The notes beneath the pieces are model-generated. The model searched no databases and was not told the origin of the DNA. It saw only the letters and a program-made list of their open reading frames with translations. DNA of 64,000 bases from contig JAVZJD010000001.1 of the NCBI GenBank assembly GCA_038870975.1, positions 896,001 to 960,000 of the forward strand, in the 5' to 3' direction. How positions within the stretch are numbered: position 1 is the first letter of the stretch; each line of letters starts with the position of its first letter. Positions 52,948-62,672 of the stretch are shown piece by piece. The position numbers and the translations under genes are program-made. Source of the DNA: Candidatus Bathyarchaeia archaeon (GTDB taxonomy: Archaea > Thermoproteota > CALKCG01 > B24).

Positions 52948-54333
52948 CTAACCACCTCCAACAATCATCCGTTTAACTCTAATATGAGGACCTCCATCTC
53001 CAACTTTAACCGTCTGAGCGCTTTTCCCACATCCGCCGAATACGGAGGTACTTATGTGTAGGTCTGAGGAAACGCAGTCAACATCCCTTAAAACGTCCAA
53101 TATGAAACCTGAGATTACAACTCCTCTAACCATTTCACCGACCTCACCCTTCCTAATCATGTGAGACGGTCCTACGCTGAAAGTAAAAGTCCCCATACCT
53201 GGGTCAACCTCCCCGCCGGTTGAACCCTTACCTTTAATGTAAATGCCGTAGTCAACCCCCTCCAAAAGCTCTTCAAATTTCGCATCGCCGGGAAGCATGT
53301 AGAAGTTTGTCTGTCTAACTATCGGTATATTCTCAAAGTCTTGGCATCTACCGTTGCCAGTAGTCGTCGTCGACAATTCAGCGGCGGCTCTCCGTGACGT
53401 TAAAAACCTCTTTAAAACCCCATTCTCCACCACTAATGTCCTCCTCTTGGGAACACCCTCGTCATCATACGGTATGAAATACCCGCCTTCAACAACCCCC
53501 TCGTCAACTATCGTCACGTAGTCTGATGCAACCTTCGTGCCGAGCCTATTTCTGAGGATAGACCCACCCGAGTATACTAGGTCTCCCTCTGAAGCATGTC
53601 CGAAAGCTTCATGTAGCAGAAGTCCTACGACTTCAGGGTCTACAACAACGGTATAGCTTCCAGGAGGAGGTGTTTTACAGTATAGTGCTTTACAAACTAG
53701 GTTTGAAAGATCCGATGTGAATTCGGTCCAGTCGTTTCTCTCGATGAATTCCCAGCCGGAAACCATAGACTTCTGATGGGCTACTCTCTCCATAACACCC
53801 GACTCGTAGGCTACACTAACGTGGGAAACACCTGTTGTAAAACTCTTAACTTCAACGTCTACACCAGTGGTGGATTTTATGACTCTCCTGTCGTACATTA
53901 CACCCAGCCTTGTAAAAGCGGATTTTACCCTCGGGTCGTTAAACGCAGCCCTATTGGCCTCTAAAACCACTCTTACCTTCTCCTCAAAGTCGACCTCTAA
54001 CGGGTTTTCCTCAAACTTTGAATGGGCTTTATCTTTCACCGTTTCAACTTCAGCCAATTTAGCCTTAGATTGAGGTTGAACGGCTCTAGCTATGGCTAAA
54101 GCTCTCTCTAAACACTTGTATATACTATCTCTATCTAGTATGTTGGTCGCTGAGAATCCAAATCCACCCTTATATACCAATCTGATGCCTAGCCCCTTCA
54201 CTCCACTTCTGAAAGCCTCCCGTATATTCCGATTATCTACGCTGAATATTTCAAAGGCGCTCTCATGGTATATTAGGCTTAAATCATCTAAACCCAGCTT
54301 TTCTCCTTCGCTTAGAATCCAATCCAACTCCAT
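52948..54333 (-). CDS. tldD: TldD family metalloprotease
   Basis: HEAFGHASEGD, YDDEG, RQTN, CGKSAQ, GGPH. Confidence 0.93.
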   Translation of the reverse strand: MELDWILSEGEKLGLDDLSLIYHESAFEIFSVDNRNIREAFRSGVKGLGIRLVYKGGFGFSATNILDRDSIYKCLERALAIARAVQPQSKAKLAEVETVKDKAHSKFEENPLEVDFEEKVRVVLEANRAAFNDPRVKSAFTRLGVMYDRRVIKSTTGVDVEVKSFTTGVSHVSVAYESGVMERVAHQKSMVSGWEFIERNDWTEFTSDLSNLVCKALYCKTPPPGSYTVVVDPEVVGLLLHEAFGHASEGDLVYSGGSILRNRLGTKVASDYVTIVDEGVVEGGYFIPYDDEGVPKRRTLVVENGVLKRFLTSRRAAAELSTTTTGNGRCQDFENIPIVRQTNFYMLPGDAKFEELLEGVDYGIYIKGKGSTGGEVDPGMGTFTFSVGPSHMIRKGEVGEMVRGVVISGFILDVLRDVDCVSSDLHISTSVFGGCGKSAQTVKVGDGGPHIRVKRMIVGGG

Positions 54334-54354
54334 ACAGTTATAGATAAATCAAAA

Positions 54355-54446
54355 GTCAAGTTAAATCTTCCCTCTAAATCGGCCATACTTAAATACATAC
54401 TCCCCTTGAAAGCTGTTATTTACGTAGAGGTTGCTTAAAACGTCGT
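54355..54446 (+). repeat. Direct repeat copy 1 of the promoter/5' end of the beta-CASP gene
   Basis: Core 54403-54446 matches 55642-55685 at 43/44; weaker similarity extends ~50 bp upstream. Confidence 0.9.
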
Positions 54447-54461
54447 CACACGGACAACGGG

Positions 54462-54561
54462 GTTGCAAACTAATCTCCTTCACCAGTCTTAGCAGTTGCA
54501 TAAGCCACTATGAAAGACACCTTTATAGAGGCCTATTCAGCATGAATGCTTCCTATCATTC
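54462..54561 (-). pseudogene. Decayed internal fragment of a tldE homolog
   Basis: Ungapped ~73/100 identity (hand count) to 52396-52495; YATAKTGEG vs YATAKAGEG. Confidence 0.8.
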
Positions 54562-54622
54562 AATAACCTTGAAACTGTTGATAGCTTCTTTAAGGGCTTC
54601 TACAGAATCAGCTCCTTTAAAC

Positions 54623-54973
54623 TCAAATGAGTAGCATCCGCATGGGCTGTAGTGTACGCTTGAAGGGGTTGAATACTAAGCCTAATATCTCCAACGTTAC
54701 AACGCCGAGGAGGGCTTGGTCGTCAGCTTCACCGAGGATGACAGGCGTATGGCACTCGCCCTGCGGGAGGGATATGTAGCACTCTGAAACCTTCCGCTTA
54801 ACCGTGCTTCCATCAGCGAGGATAAACTCATGCTCACGCATGGGGGTGAGCCCTATCCTCTTCCACACCTCTTCGGGGAGAAGTGAGTATACTACACCGC
54901 TGTCGACTAAGAATCTAACATCGGCTTCACCAGTAGGACCTCTAACCCTACCTTCAACGTAAGTTATACCCAA
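54623..54973 (-). CDS. Clan AA retroviral-like aspartic protease
   Basis: FLVDSG, LADG, ALLGVVTLEILGL. Confidence 0.9.
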   Translation of the reverse strand: MGITYVEGRVRGPTGEADVRFLVDSGVVYSLLPEEVWKRIGLTPMREHEFILADGSTVKRKVSECYISLPQGECHTPVILGEADDQALLGVVTLEILGLVFNPFKRTLQPMRMLLI

Positions 54974-55168
54974 AAATCCCCCTCCATTCAACAGTCTTCA
55001 AAGGAAGACCGCAACGGCTGGAATCATACATAAACCTCAACTTTCCCTATTAGCCTTCAATCATTTATAAACCTTATAGTGTTTAGGAAAAAACTATTTT
55101 ACTATCCGAGTTCACACATCCGGTAAGGCTTTGTACGGCAGACCTCTACTTCACATCGGCTGTCTCAA

Positions 55169-55463
55169 CTAAAATTCTCTTCCTCTAGAAATCAAGTGAG
55201 CTGCTGAATCGCGCGTTAAACTGGCTCTAACAACTCCCCTTGCAAAGCCTACAACCTTTCCCTCTTCTTTGGCAAGAAGCGCGATGGCATTGGGATCCTT
55301 TAAAAACCTCATAGTGACTTCCCTCGTCTCGCCAGACTTGTATAGTCTTAGTTCTTCCTCTAAAAACTCGTCTGGCAAGATCCCTAAAGCTTTCCCATAC
55401 CGACTTCTCACAATCCAATAGTTGCTCCAAGTCCTCTATACCAGCGCTCACTATTTCTGCCAT
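55169..55463 (-). pseudogene. GNAT acetyltransferase remnant
   Basis: MAEIVSAGIEDL..WES frameshifts into ILPDEF..LLAKEEGKVVGFA, then truncated. Confidence 0.65.
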
Positions 55464-55591
55464 TGTTATGTGATGTTTCAAGGCCAACCTATATTCTTTA
55501 AGATTTGTGGAAATAGGGTGTGACCACTCACTGATACTCGTCCACCGTTTCCACATCTCTCCACTTCACATTCGACTCTACAAGTCGAATG

Positions 55592-55685
55592 GTTAAGTTA
55601 AAATCTTTCCTATTAAACCAGCTACACTTAAACATATATTTCCCTTGAAAGCTGTTATTTACGTGGAGGTTGCTTAAAACGTCGT
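55592..55685 (+). repeat. Direct repeat copy 2 (native promoter/start of the beta-CASP gene)
   Basis: See 54355-54446. Confidence 0.9.
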
Positions 55686-56653
55686 TGAAAATAAGGTTCA
55701 ACGAGGGCATAGAGGTCTCTTACGGGTCGACTAGGATAATACTCGACCCTTTCAAGTTCAATTCGAAGTGTAAACTCGCTCTTCTCACGCATGCACACGG
55801 CGACCACTCTAAAGCCTATACGGAGTATGAACGTGGTCTTGCGACAGATCAAACTCTAGACCTGCTGGCGCTCTATACTGGGAAACGTAAAACCATGAAT
55901 AGTGAGACCGTTAGAATAGGTGAGAAGCTGAAAGTCGATGATTTAGAGATATCTGTCCACGATGCTGGACACATACTAGGCTCCGTCATGTTCCACATAG
56001 CTACACCTGAGCATTCAATCCTATACACGGGTGATTTAAACTGCGTAGAAACCCTAATATCTAAACCGGCTGAGGAAGTCTCATGTGAAACCCTAATAAT
56101 AGACTCTACATTCGGATACCCCTACTTTAAGTTTCCAAGTAGGGATAGACTCTACAGCGATATCGTAAACTGGGTTGTTGACGCAATTCAACGTGGCTAT
56201 ATTCCAGTTTTACACGCAGACTCCATAGGTAACTCTCAAGAGCTCATAGCTCTATTCAATAGGTTTACTAGGATTCCAGTCGTCTCCCATGTGAAGGTCT
56301 CAAAGGTGAATGAGATATACAAGCGGTATGGGTTTAAACTCGAATATTTAAGCCACGGCTCTGAAGACGCCTCTGAATCTATCAAATCGGGCTTCTGCGT
56401 TTACATAGCTCCTAAAAATGCGCGTGTTTCACTCGGTAAACCCATTGTAGAGGCCCTGGTTTCAGGATGGGCTTTAACACTCGGCGGCTTCCCATTAAGT
56501 GACCACGCCGACTACCCCAGTCTAATAAACTACGTAGCTACTGTAAGACCCAAAAGGGTTTACACGTATCCAGATGGATACTCAAGCCGGGTTTTAGCGA
56601 GTAGGATAGAGAAGGTTTTAAATATACCAGCCCGCTCGATAAGCGATTTTTAA
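55670..56653 (+). CDS. Metallo-beta-lactamase/beta-CASP nuclease
   Basis: THAHGDH, AGHILGS, YTGD, LSDHAD. Confidence 0.9.
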   Translation: MLKTSLKIRFNEGIEVSYGSTRIILDPFKFNSKCKLALLTHAHGDHSKAYTEYERGLATDQTLDLLALYTGKRKTMNSETVRIGEKLKVDDLEISVHDAGHILGSVMFHIATPEHSILYTGDLNCVETLISKPAEEVSCETLIIDSTFGYPYFKFPSRDRLYSDIVNWVVDAIQRGYIPVLHADSIGNSQELIALFNRFTRIPVVSHVKVSKVNEIYKRYGFKLEYLSHGSEDASESIKSGFCVYIAPKNARVSLGKPIVEALVSGWALTLGGFPLSDHADYPSLINYVATVRPKRVYTYPDGYSSRVLASRIEKVLNIPARSISDF

Positions 56654-57702
56654 CCCAACTCTATGATCTTCTTAGCTACTGCTTCAGCCATCTCACTCGT
56701 CGATGCGCTTCCTCCGAAGTCGTAGGTCTTCACCTTCCCCTCTTTTAAGACTTCGAAGACTCCGGCTTCAATCTTCTTAGCCGCCTCTGTACATACAGGG
56801 TCGCTGTGTTTAGAGCCGAGCCACTCAAGCATCATCTTCGACGCCATTATGGTGGCGATGGGGTTAACTTTATTCAAGCCTTTATACTTCGGTGCGGAAC
56901 CATGTACTGGTTCAAACATTCCGTAGTTGTCGCCTATGTTTGCTCCAGCTACAAACCCCAACCCACCGACTAATTGCGCAGCTTCATCGCTTAAAATGTC
57001 TCCAAACATGTTCGTAGTGACTACTACGTCGAAGTCTTCAGGCCTCTTTACAAGTTGCATGGCCGCTGCATCTATCCTCAATTCCCAGAGCTCGACATCC
57101 GGGAACTCTTGAGCAACCTTCAAAACCGCGTTCTTAAATATTCCATCCGTAATCTTCAGTATATTCCCCTTATGCACATAAGCCAGCTTCTTCCTACGGT
57201 TCATAGCTAGTTTAAACGCAAACCTCGCTATACGTTCGCATGCCTTCCAAGTTATAACCCTCATGGCGACTGCTACTCCTGAAGCCAACTCAAACTCTAT
57301 GCCCGAATACAAGTCCTCAGTATTCTCTCTAACTATTACAAGGTCTATATTGGGTTTGAGACTTGGAACATTCGGCAGAGACCTGCAAGGTCTAACATTA
57401 GCGTATAAATCAAACATTACTCTAATCGTTACTGCTACGCTTCTAGGAGAGCCGGGTTCTTCCGGCGTTGTAACGGGTCCTTTAAGGCAGGCATCGCTCT
57501 CCTTTAAAAGCTTGATACTATGCTCAGGCAGATTTGTCCCATACTTCGGTATACATTCCAAACCAGCCTCCACGTCTAAAGGCTTTAACTCCAAACCTTT
57601 AGAAGTATCTTGCACGGCTTCTAAAACACGCATAGCAGCATCTACAACCTCTGGGCCAATACCATCCCCCTTGATCACGGCGATTCTATACACACCCATC
57701 AA
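56650..57702 (-). CDS. Isocitrate/isopropylmalate dehydrogenase family protein
   Basis: GDGIGPEV, RENTED.Y, NMFGDILSDEAA, FEPVHGSAP. Confidence 0.95.
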   Translation of the reverse strand: MMGVYRIAVIKGDGIGPEVVDAAMRVLEAVQDTSKGLELKPLDVEAGLECIPKYGTNLPEHSIKLLKESDACLKGPVTTPEEPGSPRSVAVTIRVMFDLYANVRPCRSLPNVPSLKPNIDLVIVRENTEDLYSGIEFELASGVAVAMRVITWKACERIARFAFKLAMNRRKKLAYVHKGNILKITDGIFKNAVLKVAQEFPDVELWELRIDAAAMQLVKRPEDFDVVVTTNMFGDILSDEAAQLVGGLGFVAGANIGDNYGMFEPVHGSAPKYKGLNKVNPIATIMASKMMLEWLGSKHSDPVCTEAAKKIEAGVFEVLKEGKVKTYDFGGSASTSEMAEAVAKKIIELG

Positions 57703-57768
57703 TTAACACCTCTAAAACCTCAACATTAGAAGGAGAGTTGCAACGCCTATTTTATATACTTTATTACT

Positions 57769-57953
57769 TTACATATAAACGCTCGGCAAGAAAGCTTAGA
57801 ACTTAAGGTCTACAAATGAATTGCCGACAAACCAATTAACAAATTCCACTATTCACTAAACTGTATATGCTGTATAAAGAGGCTGGGGGATGAATAAATA
57901 AAACCCTCAGCCCGCAGGAGCCGGGCGCAGCTTCTTTACAAGGGAGGAGTTGA
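57769..57953 (+). mobile_element. Second IS200/IS605-type relic (clear left end, degenerate right end)
   Basis: TTAC 57769-72 then CGGCAAGAAAGC-hairpin-ATGAATTGCCG 57784-57826; shares 17/18 nt with the 51405 end; GGGAGGAGTTGA near 57942-57953. Confidence 0.55.
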
Positions 57954-58000
57954 GAAGAAGGGGCTTGTGAAGCACCTCTTTGTCTTCAGAAAAATGTCAT

Positions 58001-58111
58001 TTTTGTCATTTTTGTCAGCCATGGAAAAAGGTATGGAAAGTGAAGTGAAGCCGGCTCAGAGTCAGCAGTCTGACCTATGGAAAATTTCCATAGCTGACAA
58101 AACTGACAAAA
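58001..58111. repeat. 27-bp imperfect inverted repeat containing TGTCA iterations
   Basis: 58001-58027 vs 58085-58111, 2 mismatches; inner palindrome CTATGGAAA-A-TTTCCATAG. Confidence 0.85.
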
Positions 58112-58122
58112 TTTTAGAAGTG

Positions 58123-58528
58123 TTAGGTGTCTGTGTTTTTCGGGTTTAAGCGTCTTCCGGCTGGCTCTGTTTGAAGAGGGCTTTTCGCCCGCCTGCACGC
58201 GGGGCAGTAGCCCATCTTTTCAACAAATTTGTTGTGCCTCTCTATCTGCGTCTTTATCGTTGCGCTACTACGTCCTAGCTTCTGGGATATGGTCTTCATG
58301 CCAAGACCGTCTTCAACGTACATTTGGATGATTTGAGCGTGCTCCCTGTCGCCGACTGTTTTAAACGTCCCCCTGTACTCGCCTTTTTCAAGCTCTTCTT
58401 CAAAGGATATTTTTAGACCGAGCTTGTACGCTATGCCCTCGCCCTCTTTAACATGCCACTCTGGAAGCGGGAAGACGCCTACCCCGATATCCCCTTCTTT
58501 AGTTAATAGTGCGAACTGGTTCGGCTTT
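58123..58528 (-). pseudogene. 5'-truncated gene ending in HTH + CxxC
   Basis: Frame open from ~58528 (KPNQFALLT..PEWHVKEG) with no start; ends MKTISQKLGRSSATI..CPACRR. Confidence 0.55.
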
Positions 58529-58593
58529 CTTCAAGCCTATGGTGGAATAACGTAGCTGGGTCGCCGTCAAGCACTATACGTCCCTGATTCATA

Positions 58594-58630
58594 ACTTCTA
58601 GTCTAGAAGCATATCTTCTAGACTAGAAGT
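58594..58630. promoter_or_regulatory. Perfect 16-bp inverted repeat with self-palindromic arms
   Basis: ACTTCTAGTCTAGAAG-CATAT-CTTCTAGACTAGAAGT, 85 bp upstream of ORF 58716. Confidence 0.6.
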
Positions 58631-58715
58631 CTTTCTTTTCAACCTCCAGATTAACATCTAGCTACACGTCGTACTTAAAACATATATATAACTTCGAAAA
58701 TTCCTCTGATGGAAA

Positions 58716-59606
58716 ATGGGCAAAGAGGTGGTAGAAGAAAGGATAAACTGGCCTCTGTGGATCATAACGATATTTGTCATAACGATTCTGACTTTTCTAG
58801 GTCAAGCTGCTATCAGTACGACGTGTATGCCATTCGCATGCTCCTTCAATTTAGCTGCATATGATTGGCCATTTGTAATACCCCTACCACTGCTACTAGT
58901 ACTAATGCGTACATACATATCTACGCTTATGGGTAGAAAAATCAGCATAACAAGTCTAATTTACTTATTTGTAGTAATCGGTGTGGCTCTGCTACTGGTT
59001 TACATAGGAATGCAGGCGGCTCCTGAGGAATCTAAGGAAGTTTCAACGGGCTCCTCAAGCAGCGGGGCTATTTTACCTGTTAGCTCGACTGCTGTTTCAT
59101 CGATAGAAGAAGCTGCTAGGCTTCTGAACGCATCCGCCCCTGTCAGGCTTCCGACAACTATACCCAGTAGCATGGTCTATATCAGAATAATCTTTTCAAG
59201 CGACACCAGCTCAATTTACGTTTTCTACGCTGATGAACCTATAGTCGAGGAGAATAACCCATTCGTTCTCATGCATCTGTTTGAAGGGTGGACGTTCGAA
59301 GATGTGGAGGGCGGGGCACCAGATATGATGCTGATAATACACAGGCTTGACTCGGAGTCCACGGTTATGGTCAGTGATATAAACACTGAGGAGGCTGCTA
59401 GAAAATATGCTGAAGAGTTCAATCTAACCTATCGAATGGTTGACGGGATAGCCGTATTCGGCTACAATCCTGTGGAGTCTAAGATCTGGGCTGAGCCCAT
59501 AGGTGTTGTGCACTTCTACATAGGCAACATAGTTTACCAGATTAGAACCCATCTATCCTTTGAGGAGATGGTGGAGATTGCCAGGTCTATTATCGAGCAG
59601 TTCTAA
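58716..59606 (+). CDS. Membrane-anchored hypothetical protein (DUF4367-like C-terminus)
   Basis: N-terminal TM helices; SIEEA..LP..IP; ends LSFEEMVEIARSI. Confidence 0.65.
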   Translation: MGKEVVEERINWPLWIITIFVITILTFLGQAAISTTCMPFACSFNLAAYDWPFVIPLPLLLVLMRTYISTLMGRKISITSLIYLFVVIGVALLLVYIGMQAAPEESKEVSTGSSSSGAILPVSSTAVSSIEEAARLLNASAPVRLPTTIPSSMVYIRIIFSSDTSSIYVFYADEPIVEENNPFVLMHLFEGWTFEDVEGGAPDMMLIIHRLDSESTVMVSDINTEEAARKYAEEFNLTYRMVDGIAVFGYNPVESKIWAEPIGVVHFYIGNIVYQIRTHLSFEEMVEIARSIIEQF

Positions 59607-60340
59607 AGTAATCATGATGATAGTTGTGGTTGCCGTCCTGCTAGTGGGAGTAGCCACACCTGTCCGAGGCAAGGGGCATACGTCCGAGTGCAATTGGCAT
59701 TACTACGCTATCGGATTTTGGTATGACCCTATTAATCTTAACAACCAGACGCTAGGAGTATCTGGAAAAATTACAGTCTATGGATAACAAGATAAAGGGT
59801 ACTGGACGTTGGATTGTAGAGTTTGTACAAATATTGTTTTATGACGGCTCATGGTTGCAAATAGGATACGAGAAGAACAGGGAGGGTACTGGAGAGCTAA
59901 AGTACTACTGGGAATACTGTATCTATGTATTGTCACCCCCCTCTAACGAAAGTCTTTTTGAAAAAGCAACGGCCGGCTCAGTTCCAGAGTTTAAAATATA
60001 CCGATCAGGCTCTTCAAACAGTGGATGGATGTGGAAGCTTCTTAAAGACGGTGTTCTAAAGAAGCAGCTGTCTCTTCCATCAGCCTATTCCACTGGAAGA
60101 GCTGAGGCTGCTTTCGAATCCATAGATAGTAGTGAAGAGATTACCTATAACCAGGGGACAGGCTTGTTCACCACTTTAAAATACTACTACAGTGGATCAT
60201 GGTTAAACTGGAATGCTATAAAGTTTACAAACGGAAGAGGGAAAGCAGGTGCGGAGTACCCGCCAGACCCACCATACCACGCTAAAGCACTGAATACGAA
60301 TGCGTTTAAGACCTGGGGAGACTACGATGCAGACCCCTAA
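59578..60340 (+). pseudogene. Secreted beta-rich protein, possibly glutamic-peptidase-like, split at ~59782
   Basis: Signal-peptide ORF ends ITVYG*, next begins MDNKIK; deleting one G gives ITVYDNKIK; WLQIGY and AEAAFE motifs. Confidence 0.5.
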
Positions 60341-60699
60341 CAGGTAACAGGGAGCCATCCATTTCCTCCTCATGGAGTTTGATGATGTTGTAGGTTCTTA
60401 TGAAACTCCGCTGATTTCTACGCTACTTCTCCCCCGCTTCTCTATTCCAGAAACCCCACCTTAGACCATCACCAGATCGATCCGTGAATCATCCAGAATC
60501 TTTCAACTCTCTCTGGTTGCAACAAAAAATACCTAGGGGGAAGGGTAAGTTCGGAATGACCGAGAAAAGACAAATATATTAGGATAAAAATTGTCTTTTT
60601 ATTACCTTTTCTAAACCGTTTAAAACTCGCTAAAAACTGAAGAAGTAGAGATTTCTAAACCAAGTTTCAAACCCTTATAGCTACCCTCTAAACTATTAG

Positions 60700-61370
60700 A
60701 GCCAAATTATCTAGAAGCTAAGTGCATAACGGAAATTAGAGGGACGAGGGGAGGAGGCAGATTTGCAAACGAAACGGAGTCTGCTAAGGTCAGAGCCAAC
60801 GAGAGAAGGTACTTTTACGGGTGGTATGATCTGGGAGGTGTGGAGCAGGCCACGATATTCGCAGTACGTCAAGCACGGTATAAATCAAGGTTTACGCTAT
60901 GCGAATTTCCAGTAGCTATGTATGACGCGTTGATAGTCCTCATACCTAAACCCGGGCTATATTTGGATAAGAACAGACTTGAAGCATTATTAGCATATCT
61001 AAATTCCTCGTTCTGTCAGTATTACATAGAGATTCATGGTAGATACATAGCTAAAGGGCCTATAGCACTTGAAGTCAACATAGCTAGGGATATGCCCATT
61101 TTAGACGTTAGAAAGCTCAGCGGTATGCAGATTCATGAGTTAGCCTATTTGTTCGATAAGCTTGAGTCTGAGGCTAGGCGTATAGGCGGTGCTTCTGAAA
61201 AAGAGATAGGTATCATAGGCGTAGAAGTTAATGGTGTAAAGACGCATACGATAGTAGTCTTCGGCGATGAAAATGTGTATCTTTTAGGAGTTGTAACTCT
61301 TGAAGAACTGGGTTTAGAAGTCGACCCGATAAAAGGTGAACTAAAACCACTGGAGCTGCTGCTAATGTGA
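60700..61370 (+). pseudogene. Chimeric remnant: type IIG restriction-modification C-terminal fragment fused to an aspartic-protease C-terminus
   Basis: WYDLG, LLAYLNSS, MPILDVRKL then at ~61205 IGIIGVE..LLGVVTLEELGLEVDP. Confidence 0.7.
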
Positions 61371-61461
61371 CTATATGGCTCTAAACAATCGAAGTAGGTT
61401 TATCTATATCCTACTGGTCAACTGAAACTGTCTAAAAGCTCGAGAAGGAAGGTGAACGGGT

Positions 61462-62637
61462 TTAAGCTCCAGCAGGGAACGCATATTCATAGTTGCATAC
61501 ATAACTTACGCACTGCTATATCTAGCTAGGCTCAATTTCTCCATTGCTCTCCCTCTGTTAAACGAGGAACTTGGTTATTCGAAGTTTACACTGGGTTTAA
61601 TCGCGGGGGCATTCTCAATCTCCTACGCAATAGGACAGTTTATACATGGGCGATTGGTTGACCGCTATGGGCCTAAGAAGATAATACTCATAGGTTTAAT
61701 CGTCTCTGGGATTATGAATATATTATTCAGCCGCATTAACACATTAATCCTACTGATAGTTGTATGGGCTGTTAACGGATACGCTCAGTCGACCGGATGG
61801 CCGGCTGTAGTTAAACTTGTAAGTAGCAGGTTTAAGTCTGAACTTGGAAAAATAGGCGGATTATTCGGCTCATGTTTCCTCGTTGGGAATATGGTGGCTT
61901 GGCCTATTCTCGGCTACTTGGTGTCAAACTATGGGTGGCGTATGGTTTTTACAATACCGTCGATCATACTGATAGTGCTTGCAGTTCTATTCTACCTGAC
62001 GATTGAAGAGGTTGAGAAAACAGAAGCGTACAATTCAAAGCAAATCGTAAACTTCAAGAAGCTCATCTTTTCAAAGGGTTTAACCATAATAACTTCAGCA
62101 TACATACTGCTTCAATTTGTACGAAGCGTTTTCACGCTATGGGCTCCATCATATCTCTTTGAAAAATACAGGCTTCCTTTAGACGTGGCGGGTTACACCG
62201 CCGCCGTTATACCTCTCGGAGGTATTGTGGGATCACTAGTCTCAGGTTGGCTTTCAGACTATTTGGAGAAACCCGGGAGGAAACTGACAATATGCGTTTT
62301 AACAATATCCCTCGGCTTTGCAATAGCTGCTTTCCACTATGCTTCTAATCTAGGTCTTGAATTAGGAATATTTTCACTATTTATCGTAGGATTTACTCTC
62401 TACGGTCCACATGTGATAATATCTACCGTCATACCTATGGAGCTTGATGAAAGCTACGGTGGAGCTAGTGTAGCGGGATTCATAGATGGAATGGGATACT
62501 TCGGCTCGATGCTTGCAGAGTCTTCCACCGGCTGGCTTATCGAGGTACATGGTTGGAGTGGTGCTGTAACCTTCTGCCTCACCAGCACACTGTTAGCAAC
62601 GATACTAGTAGCCTTCCTCTATGAGGAGAAAAAGTAG
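61462..62637 (+). CDS. MFS transporter (GlpT/UhpC-like); start uncertain
   Basis: YLARLNFSIALP, GRLVDRYGPKK, NGYAQSTGWP, GWLSD; first two TM helices lie upstream of the TTG at 61654. Confidence 0.85.
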   Translation, partial: LSSSRERIFIVAYITYALLYLARLNFSIALPLLNEELGYSKFTLGLIAGAFSISYAIGQFIHGRLVDRYGPKKIILIGLIVSGIMNILFSRINTLILLIVVWAVNGYAQSTGWPAVVKLVSSRFKSELGKIGGLFGSCFLVGNMVAWPILGYLVSNYGWRMVFTIPSIILIVLAVLFYLTIEEVEKTEAYNSKQIVNFKKLIFSKGLTIITSAYILLQFVRSVFTLWAPSYLFEKYRLPLDVAGYTAAVIPLGGIVGSLVSGWLSDYLEKPGRKLTICVLTISLGFAIAAFHYASNLGLELGIFSLFIVGFTLYGPHVIISTVIPMELDESYGGASVAGFIDGMGYFGSMLAESSTGWLIEVHGWSGAVTFCLTSTLLATILVAFLYEEKK

Positions 62638-62672
62638 GGTTAAAGCCAGCTTTTCTCAATTTAAACTGACCA

